Of a stretch of DNA of 23,270 nucleotides, positions 7,158 to 13,199 are shown piece by piece (the stretch's first letter is position 1; each line of letters begins with the position of its first letter). The stretch is from an uncultured Oscillospiraceae bacterium (GTDB taxonomy: Bacteria; Bacillota; Clostridia; Oscillospirales; Oscillospiraceae), in NCBI GenBank assembly GCA_910577525.1, contig CAJTLI010000006.1:61535-84804 (forward strand). Direction: 5' to 3'. The translations under genes and the position numbers were made by a program. Below the pieces are notes generated by a model. That model was not told where the DNA came from, searched no databases, and saw only the letters and a program-made list of their open reading frames with translations.

Positions 7158-9048
7158 TTTCACGCGCGAATATCTCCCCGTCCTTCTGGTGGGGGCCATC
7201 ATCGGGGTGTTCTCCCTGGCCTTTGTGCTGGCCTGGCGGCGGGAGCGCCGGGCCAAGTCCGCCCCCGGCTTCGACCGCAATATCCCCGACGGCGAGATCC
7301 TCCGGCGGCTGGCCAAATACGCCCTCCCCTATAAAAAAGAGTTCCTCCTGGTGCTGGCCGTCATGCTGGTGTCCATCGCCTACGACCTGGCCTCCCCGCT
7401 GATTATCGGCCGTATCGAGGGCCTCATCAAAAACCGGTTCGAACCCCCCGCCCTGCTGCGCTGGGTGGCGCTGTACGCCGGCATCCTCATCGTGTCCATG
7501 ATCTGCACCTATTTCCAGTCCATCATCCTGCAAAAGACGGGGCAGAAGATCCTCTCCACCCTGCGGCAGGACCTGTTCACCCACATCGAGTCCCTGTCCC
7601 ACGACCAGCTCAACAAGATCCCCGTGGGCAAGCTGGTCACCCGGGTGGCCAACGACACCAACGCCATCTCCCAGATGTTCACCAACGTGCTGGTGGCCAT
7701 GGTCAAGAACGTGTTCATCGTGGCGGGGGTGCTGGCGGCCATGCTGACGCTCAACTACGCCCTCACCCTGATGCTGCTGTGCTTTGTGCCCTTCCTGGTG
7801 CTGTTCACCGTCATCTTCCGCAAGTTCACCCGGAAGGTGTACCGGGTGGTGAAGGACCGCACCACCGACATCAACACCTATCTGTCGGAAAACCTGTCCG
7901 GCATCAAGATCACCCAGATCTTCAACCAGGAGGAGCGCAAGCGGGACGAGTTCTTCGCCAAGAATGAGAGCCTGAAAAAGGCCAAGCAGAACCAGATCTT
8001 CGTGTTCAGCATCTTCCGGCCCATGGTGTACATGCTGTATATCTCCTCGGTGCTCTTCCTGCTCTACCTGGGGGGCAAGGGCTATATCCAGGACACCCCC
8101 TTCCTGGGGCAGGTCATTACCAGCGAGATCTGCGTGTCCTTCTATATGTACATCTCCAAGTTCTTCAACCCCATCCAGACCCTGGCCGAGCAGTTCAACC
8201 AGCTCCAGTCCGCTCTGGCCTCCACCGAAAAGATCTTCTCCGTCTTCGACCTGGTCCCCGAGGTGGTGGACGGGCCGGATGCCGTGGAGATGGAGGAGCT
8301 CCGGGGGGAGATCGAGTTCCGGGACGTTTGGTTCGCCTATGAGCCGGGGGAGTGGGTGCTCAAGGGGGTGTCCTTCCATGTGGACGCCAAACAGACCGCC
8401 GCCTTCGTGGGCTCCACCGGGTCTGGCAAGACCACCATCCTGTCCCTGATCTGCCGGAATTACGACATACAGCGGGGCCAGATCCTCATCGACGGCGTGG
8501 ATATCCGCCGCATCAAGATATCCTCCCTCCGCCGCCACTTCGGCCAGATGCTTCAGGACGTGTTCCTGTTCTCCGGCACCATCCGCAGCAACATCGTCCT
8601 CCGGGAGGAGGGCTTTACGGATGAGCAGATCTGGGACGCCTGCAAATACGTCAACGCCGGCTCCTTCATCAGCCGCCTGGACAAGGGCCTGGACGAGGAG
8701 GTCCGGGAGCGGGGCGGCAACTTCTCCGCCGGGCAGCGGCAGCTGCTCAGCTTTGTGCGCACCATCCTGCACAGGCCCGCCGTCATGATCCTGGACGAGG
8801 CCACCGCCAACATCGACACCGAGACCGAGCTGCTCATCCAGGACTCCCTGGAGAAGATGAAGAACATCGGCACCATGCTCATCGTGGCCCACCGGCTGTC
8901 CACCATCCAGCACGCTGACAAGATCATCGTGCTCTCCCACGGGGAGATTCTGGAACAGGGCACCCACCAGGAGCTGCTGGCGAAAAAGGGCCGGTACTTC
9001 CAGCTCTACACCCTGCAATTCAACAGGCAGAAGCTGCTGGGGGCTTGA
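7150..9048 (+). CDS. ABC exporter fused permease/ATPase, subunit 2 of a heterodimer (canonical Walker B-Glu, non-canonical signature FSAGQ)
   Basis: 632 aa. Its start overlaps the subunit 1 stop by 8 nt (ATGCCTGA). Walker A GSTGSGKTT, signature FSAGQRQLL, Walker B VMILDEAT, H-loop VAHRLS. Confidence 0.9.
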   Translation: MPDFTREYLPVLLVGAIIGVFSLAFVLAWRRERRAKSAPGFDRNIPDGEILRRLAKYALPYKKEFLLVLAVMLVSIAYDLASPLIIGRIEGLIKNRFEPPALLRWVALYAGILIVSMICTYFQSIILQKTGQKILSTLRQDLFTHIESLSHDQLNKIPVGKLVTRVANDTNAISQMFTNVLVAMVKNVFIVAGVLAAMLTLNYALTLMLLCFVPFLVLFTVIFRKFTRKVYRVVKDRTTDINTYLSENLSGIKITQIFNQEERKRDEFFAKNESLKKAKQNQIFVFSIFRPMVYMLYISSVLFLLYLGGKGYIQDTPFLGQVITSEICVSFYMYISKFFNPIQTLAEQFNQLQSALASTEKIFSVFDLVPEVVDGPDAVEMEELRGEIEFRDVWFAYEPGEWVLKGVSFHVDAKQTAAFVGSTGSGKTTILSLICRNYDIQRGQILIDGVDIRRIKISSLRRHFGQMLQDVFLFSGTIRSNIVLREEGFTDEQIWDACKYVNAGSFISRLDKGLDEEVRERGGNFSAGQRQLLSFVRTILHRPAVMILDEATANIDTETELLIQDSLEKMKNIGTMLIVAHRLSTIQHADKIIVLSHGEILEQGTHQELLAKKGRYFQLYTLQFNRQKLLGA

Positions 9049-9063
9049 CGGCCCCCTCAGCCG

Positions 9064-9098
9064 CGCCCGCCGGAGACGGTTTCCGGCGGGCGTTTTTT
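9064..9098 (+). terminator. intrinsic terminator after the ABC exporter operon
   Basis: An 11-bp stem CGCCCGCCGGA / TCCGGCGGGCG around a 7-nt loop, followed by TTTTTT (9093-9098). Confidence 0.85.
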
Positions 9099-9108
9099 CG
9101 GTTCCCTC

Positions 9109-9137
9109 TTGACATTCTCGAATATCGAGAGTATACT
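9109..9137 (+). promoter_or_regulatory. near-consensus sigma-A promoter TTGACA-17-TATACT of the padR-DUF2812 operon
   Basis: TTGACA 9109-9114, 17-nt spacer, TATACT 9132-9137. The spacer is filled by operator copy 1. Confidence 0.7.
9117..9129. promoter_or_regulatory. operator copy 1: 13-bp palindrome CTCGA-ATA-TCGAG inside the promoter spacer
   Basis: Exact reverse complement of copies 2 and 3. The arms CTCGA/TCGAG are perfect inverted repeats. Confidence 0.6.
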
Positions 9138-9148
9138 ACAGGCAGATA

Positions 9149-9161
9149 CTCGATATTCGAG
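9149..9161. promoter_or_regulatory. operator copy 2: CTCGATATTCGAG just downstream of the -10
   Basis: Identical 13-mer, centre 32 bp from copy 1. Confidence 0.6.
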
Positions 9162-9181
9162 TTTATTGTCTACCCTGAATC

Positions 9182-9194
9182 CTCGATATTCGAG
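9182..9194. promoter_or_regulatory. operator copy 3: CTCGATATTCGAG abutting the padR RBS
   Basis: Identical 13-mer, centre 33 bp from copy 2. It is immediately followed by AAAGGAGG, the padR RBS. Confidence 0.6.
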
Positions 9195-9210
9195 AAAGGA
9201 GGCGCGGCCA

Positions 9211-9525
9211 ATGCCGAGGGCAAAATTTCAGACCCTGACGGAGCAAATGTTCTATGTTCTGCTGTGCCTGCGGGAGGAGTGCTGCGGTACGGACATTCTG
9301 GACCGGGTGCCCGCCATGACCGGGGGGCGGGTGAGCGTGGGGTCGGGGACGCTGTACAATCTGCTGGAGCAGTTTGTGGCGGCGGGGATGATCCGGGAGA
9401 CCCGGGTGGAGGGCCGGAGGCGCAGCTATCTGCTGACGGCCTTCGGCCGGGAGACGCTGGATCGGGAGTACCGGCGCATTCAGGCTCAGGCGGAGGATTA
9501 CCGCCGGTATGTAGGAGAGGAGTGA
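9211..9525 (+). CDS. PadR-family transcriptional regulator
   Basis: 104 aa from the ATG at 9211 (AAGGAGG 7 nt upstream). The winged-HTH pattern EQMFYVLLCL..CCGTDILDRV.......VSVGSGTLYNLLEQFVAAGMIRE......RRRSYLLTAFGRETL is typical of PadR. The track ORF start at 9109 lies in the promoter. Confidence 0.85.
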   Translation: MPRAKFQTLTEQMFYVLLCLREECCGTDILDRVPAMTGGRVSVGSGTLYNLLEQFVAAGMIRETRVEGRRRSYLLTAFGRETLDREYRRIQAQAEDYRRYVGEE

Positions 9526-9531
9526 CACGCA

Positions 9532-10932
9532 ATGGAAAAGACAAAGCGGAGGCTGGAGACCTTTTCCTTTTATGACCGCACCGGGCTGGAGGCCCACCTG
9601 GCCCGGATGGCGGAGAAGGGCTGGCTATTGGAGAAAATCGGCTCGTTTTTTTGGACCTACCGGAAAATCGAGCCGAAAACCCTCACCTTTTCGGTGACGT
9701 ACTTCCCCGAGGCGTCCCAGTTCGACCCGGGGCCCTCGGAGGAGCAGGAGGCCTTTTACGACCTGTGCGCCCACTCCGGCTGGCAGCTGGCGGCGGCGTC
9801 GGCCCAGCTCCAGGTATTCTACAACGAAGGGCCCGATCCGGTGCCCATCGACACCGACCCGGTGCTGGAGGTGGAGTCCATCCACCGCACCATGAAAAAA
9901 AGCCTGATCCCCAGCCAGCTGACTCTGCTGGCTCTGGCGGTGTTCCAGGTCGTGATGTTTGCCTGGCGGACAGCGGAGGCCCCCATTGAAAACCTTACCA
10001 ATCCGGCTGTCCCCCTCATCGCCCTGTGCTGGGCGTTGGTGGTGGCGCTGGCGGGGGTGGAGCTGTCCAGCTACTTCCGCTGGCACAAAAAGGCGGCGCT
10101 GGCGGCGGAGCACGGGGAGTTTCTCCCCACCCGAAGCCACCGGAAGCTCCAGCTCGGGGCGCTGGTCCTGTTGGGGCTGAGTGTGGCGTGCTATATCCTG
10201 TCCGTGGCCGTCTCTGGAAGCCGGATGGTATTCGCTCTGACCGTCGTCCTGTTTCTGGTGTATATCCCCGGGCTGTTTCTGGTGCTCTGGGGGGTCAGCG
10301 GTTGGCTCAAGCGGCGGAGAGCCTCCGCGAAAACCAATCAGGCGGTGACGCTCATCGCCCTTGCGGTGGCGGCCTTCGCCCTCCTGGGGGTCATAACCTT
10401 CGGCGCCATCTTCGGCCACGACCGGGGCTGGTGGCAGGCGGACCGGGGAACAGACCGCCCGCCGCTGAGGGTGGAGGACCTGTTGGACCCGGGCTACGAC
10501 GGCTATGAGGTGAGCTGCTCGGCGGAGCAGAGCGTTTTGCTGGGCCGGATCTTCGTCAACCAGGAGCCGCCCATCAGCCTGATTCAGGAGGACTATGCCC
10601 GCTATAAGGAGATTCCCACCATGGAATACACTGTCGTCCTGGTGAAGCTCCCCGCCCTGTACGATCTGTGCAAAAACGCCCTGCTCCACGACAGCGACCA
10701 TCTGTATGAGGACCTTCCGGCGGAGGAACGGCGCTGTTATGCCCCCGACGACCCGGCACCCTGGGGGGCGCGGGAGGCTTACCGCTGGACGGCCTCGGAC
10801 CGGGAATTCAGCATTTACCTGCTGTGTTGCCCGGACCGGATTGTGGAGATCAACTTTGACCACGACTGGAAGGTCACCCCGGAGCAGATGGCCCTTGTGG
10901 CGGAGCGGCTGGGCCGGGGCGAACTGCCTTGA
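9532..10932 (+). CDS. DUF2812-domain membrane protein (PadR-associated), with 5 predicted TM segments and a ~170-aa C-terminal extracytoplasmic domain
   Basis: 466 aa. The N-terminus (FSFYDRTGLEAHLARMAEKGWLLEKIGSFFWTYRKIEPKTLTFSVTYF) resembles DUF2812, which commonly follows padR genes in Firmicutes. Hydrophobic stretches lie at about residues 125-145, 160-183, 207-228, 232-259 and 272-295. The start is 7 nt after the padR stop. Confidence 0.7.
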   Translation: MEKTKRRLETFSFYDRTGLEAHLARMAEKGWLLEKIGSFFWTYRKIEPKTLTFSVTYFPEASQFDPGPSEEQEAFYDLCAHSGWQLAAASAQLQVFYNEGPDPVPIDTDPVLEVESIHRTMKKSLIPSQLTLLALAVFQVVMFAWRTAEAPIENLTNPAVPLIALCWALVVALAGVELSSYFRWHKKAALAAEHGEFLPTRSHRKLQLGALVLLGLSVACYILSVAVSGSRMVFALTVVLFLVYIPGLFLVLWGVSGWLKRRRASAKTNQAVTLIALAVAAFALLGVITFGAIFGHDRGWWQADRGTDRPPLRVEDLLDPGYDGYEVSCSAEQSVLLGRIFVNQEPPISLIQEDYARYKEIPTMEYTVVLVKLPALYDLCKNALLHDSDHLYEDLPAEERRCYAPDDPAPWGAREAYRWTASDREFSIYLLCCPDRIVEINFDHDWKVTPEQMALVAERLGRGELP

Positions 10933-10957
10933 TTCCAAGCCCGCGCCATGCTATAAT
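10929..10957 (+). promoter_or_regulatory. candidate promoter TTGATT-17-(TGc)TATAAT for the deaminase-apbE operon
   Basis: TTGATT 10929-10934 overlaps the stop of the preceding gene. Extended -10 TGCTATAAT at 10949-10957. Confidence 0.55.
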
Positions 10958-11060
10958 ATCTTCATGAGCGAAACGCAGTTTCGCGGATAAAAGTTTCTTT
11001 TTGGTACCTTTTCTTCTCAAAGAAAAAGTATGCCCTTATAAACAGACAGGGGGTATTTTC

Positions 11061-11549
11061 ATGGCCCGCATCGACAAGACTAACTACTACCTGGACATCG
11101 CGGGGACCGTGCTGGAGCGGTCCACCTGTATGCGCCGCCACTATGGGGCCATCATCGTCCAGGACGACGAGATCGTGTCCTCCGGCTACAACGGCGCGCC
11201 CCGGGGACGGAAAAACTGCGGAGACCTGGGCTACTGCGCCCGGGAGGCGATGAAGATCCCCTCGGGAGAGCGCTACGAGCTGTGCCGGTCCGTCCACGCC
11301 GAGGCCAACGCCATCATCTCCGCCCCCCGGCGGGAGGTGCTGGGGGCCACGCTGTATATGGTGTGCCGGGACCCGGACACCGGGGCGATGATCCCCGGCT
11401 CCACCTCCTGCTCCATGTGCCGCCGGCTCATCATCAACGCGGGCATCGCCAAGGTGATCATCCGGGACACCCCCACGGAATACCGAGCGGTGGAGGTGCA
11501 GAAGGATTGGGTGGAGGAGGACGACTCCATCCCGGAGCACCTGCGGTGA
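11061..11549 (+). CDS. deoxycytidylate (dCMP) deaminase / ComEB-like cytidine-deoxycytidylate deaminase family protein
   Basis: 162 aa from the ATG at 11061. Zinc motifs are VHAEANAI and SCSMCRRLIINAGI. The block GYNGAPRG..NCGDLGYCAREAMKIPSGERYELCRSVHAE is typical of dCMP deaminases. Confidence 0.85.
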   Translation: MARIDKTNYYLDIAGTVLERSTCMRRHYGAIIVQDDEIVSSGYNGAPRGRKNCGDLGYCAREAMKIPSGERYELCRSVHAEANAIISAPRREVLGATLYMVCRDPDTGAMIPGSTSCSMCRRLIINAGIAKVIIRDTPTEYRAVEVQKDWVEEDDSIPEHLR

Positions 11550-12571
11550 AACGTCTGGCCGCTCTGTGTCTGGCCCTGTGCCTGGCCCTGACGGCGGGCT
11601 GCGCCCCTGCCCAGGCCCAGCCGCTGGAACGCACCTTCTTCGCCATGGACACGGTGATGACCCTGAAGCTCTACCAGGGCGGGGGAGAGGACCTGCTGGA
11701 CGCCGCCGAAGCCCGGGTGCGGGCGCTGGAGGCCCTGTGGTCCGTCACTGGCGAGGGCAGCGAGATCTATGCCCTGAACCGGGACGGGACGGCGGAGCTC
11801 TCTCCGGAGACGGCGGAGCTGCTGGACAGGGTGCTGACGCTGTGCGCCCGAACCGGCGGGGCGCTGGATGTCTCCATCTACCCCGTGCTGCGCCGCTGGG
11901 GCTTTACCACCGGGGAATACGCCGTCCCCGCAGAGGCTGAACTGGCCGCCCTGCTCCCCCTGGTGGACTATGCCCAGATTAAGCTGGCGGGCAGCGCCGC
12001 CTCTCTGGCCCCCGGCATGGAGATCGACCTGGGCAGCGTGGCCAAGGGCTATACCGGGGACGCGCTGGCCGCGCTCCTGAAAGAAAACGGCGTCAGCTCC
12101 GCCCTGCTGGACCTGGGGGGCAATATCCAGGCCGTAGGGGCCAAGCCGGACGGCTCCCCCTGGCGGGTGGGCATCCGGGACCCGGAGGGGGACGGGAATG
12201 TGGGCGTGGTGGCGGTCGCGGACCAGGCCGTGGTCACCTCCGGCGGCTATGAGCGCTATTTTGAACAGGACAGCGTACGCTATTGGCACATCCTGGACCC
12301 CAAGACCGGTTCACCGGCCCGGAACGGGCTTGCCTCCGTGACGGTGGTGGGGGAGAGCGGCCTGTTGTGCGACGCCCTGTCCACCGCCCTGTTCGTCATG
12401 GGGAAGGAAAAAGCCGTCGCCTTCTGGGTGAACAACGTCTTTGATCTGCACTTCGGGCTGGTGCTGGTGGAGGAAAACGGCGACGTCACCTACACCGTCA
12501 ATTCCCACTTCATCCCCGAACAGGGCCGCCGGGTCTATGATGTGAACTACCCCGAGCCGGACCCGGACTGA
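11546..12571 (+). CDS. apbE: FAD:protein FMN transferase ApbE, lipoprotein
   Basis: The GTG at 11546 overlaps the deaminase stop (GTGA). The signal peptide VKRLAALCLALCLALTAGC has an LTAGC lipobox. ApbE motifs: FAMDTVMTL, DVSIYPVLRRWGF, IDLGSVAKGYTGDA, LLDLGGNI, VVTSGGYERYF, WHILDPKTG, CDALSTALFVMG. Confidence 0.88.
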   Translation: MKRLAALCLALCLALTAGCAPAQAQPLERTFFAMDTVMTLKLYQGGGEDLLDAAEARVRALEALWSVTGEGSEIYALNRDGTAELSPETAELLDRVLTLCARTGGALDVSIYPVLRRWGFTTGEYAVPAEAELAALLPLVDYAQIKLAGSAASLAPGMEIDLGSVAKGYTGDALAALLKENGVSSALLDLGGNIQAVGAKPDGSPWRVGIRDPEGDGNVGVVAVADQAVVTSGGYERYFEQDSVRYWHILDPKTGSPARNGLASVTVVGESGLLCDALSTALFVMGKEKAVAFWVNNVFDLHFGLVLVEENGDVTYTVNSHFIPEQGRRVYDVNYPEPDPD

Positions 12572-12588
12572 GAAGGGAAGGCGGGGAT

Positions 12589-12706
12589 GTGCCGTGCCCC
12601 TCGAAGGAGCGCCTGAGCCAGCTAGGGCGGCTGGGCGCTTCCCGTCTGGGTCTCAAACACAGATAACGGGGGGACTGGCTCAGGCCAAGAGAAAGGGGTG
12701 CGGCAC
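12589..12706 (+). ncRNA. unassigned 118-nt three-helix structured element directly after apbE
   Basis: Contiguous pairings read by hand. Helix 1: 12589-12601 with 12694-12706 (13 bp, two central G-U). Helix 2: 12611-12621 with 12675-12685 (11 bp). Helix 3: 12638-12645 with 12666-12673 (8 bp, two G-U), with a 20-nt loop. No U-tract follows. No family assignment is possible by eye. Confidence 0.3.
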
Positions 12707-12927
12707 ATTCTCCATAAAGGGATTGCCGCTCCGCGCGCCTTCGCGCTTCTTTGTTGTCACGCTCCGAAGCGGTCAGGGCGTTCAGTCGCTTTCACTGCGC
12801 CTCGCTTCACAAACAGAACTACTTGCGTAGTTCCTGGTTTGTAAAGCTCGCTCCGCTCCAAGCTCCCTCACTGCCCGCTTCTACGCGCTTCTTTGTTGGA
12901 AAGTTCATGAAAGTTTCACATTTCCAC

Positions 12928-12956
12928 TTGACAGGAAAGCCCCGGACCTTTACAAT
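12928..12956 (+). promoter_or_regulatory. near-consensus promoter TTGACA-17-TACAAT, about 245 nt upstream of rny
   Basis: TTGACA 12928-12933, 17-nt spacer, TACAAT 12951-12956. Confidence 0.55.
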
Positions 12957-13199
12957 AAGTAAGGATAATTTTGAAAAGCCGCCGCGCTTTTTCGCCGTTT
13001 TGAGCGTTTACAAGCCCCTCCGGGCGTGTTTCTATATGAGTCTATCGACATATTCGTAGATTTTTATTGACACTCAAATAGTGCTGTCATGCCCAAATGG
13101 GCGGCGGCTTTTCGGTTATCGCGGTGCGTCTGTTCACGCATCGCGTCTTATTTTGCTTTTTATGGAAAAATCAAAGAAACAGGAGGTGTGGAACTCAAC

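Noticed and set aside
5193-7316. 707-aa minus-strand ORF antisense to ABC exporter subunit 1
   Set aside because: Same shadow-ORF signature (H/G/V/D/P/A-rich with no motifs). The plus-strand frame has complete ABC motifs.
7051-9018. 655-aa minus-strand ORF antisense to ABC exporter subunit 2
   Set aside because: Shadow ORF. The opposite strand encodes a complete TMD-NBD protein.
9109-9210. Longer PadR ORF starting at 9109
   Set aside because: The start codon would lie inside the -35 hexamer, and the extension reads through the three operators. The ATG at 9211 has a canonical RBS and gives a typical ~104-aa PadR.
9625-10938. 437-aa minus-strand ORF antisense to the DUF2812 gene
   Set aside because: The product is R/P/G/Q/H-rich with no TM or domain pattern. 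The plus-strand frame has a coherent DUF2812 N-domain plus TM helices and a start tightly coupled to padR.
10965-10991. 8-codon ORF MSETQFRG starting about 7 nt after the -10 of the deaminase promoter (possible leaderless mini-ORF) with an overlapping GCGAAAC-GCA-GTTTCGC hairpin
   Set aside because: It is too short and has no supporting signal beyond its position. I note it only as a curiosity.
12751-13059. 102-aa plus-strand ORF (including an internal 50-aa MKVSHFHLTGKPR... ORF) and the 78-aa ORF 12594..12830 in the apbE-rny spacer
   Set aside because: There is no convincing RBS. The reading frames run through a consensus promoter, direct repeats and hairpins. Codon usage is unlike the neighbours (no GC3 bias). 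I treat the region as non-coding.
13067-13072. A second TTGACA hexamer upstream of rny
   Set aside because: No acceptable -10 element lies at 16-18 nt spacing (TGCCCA/ATGCCC).
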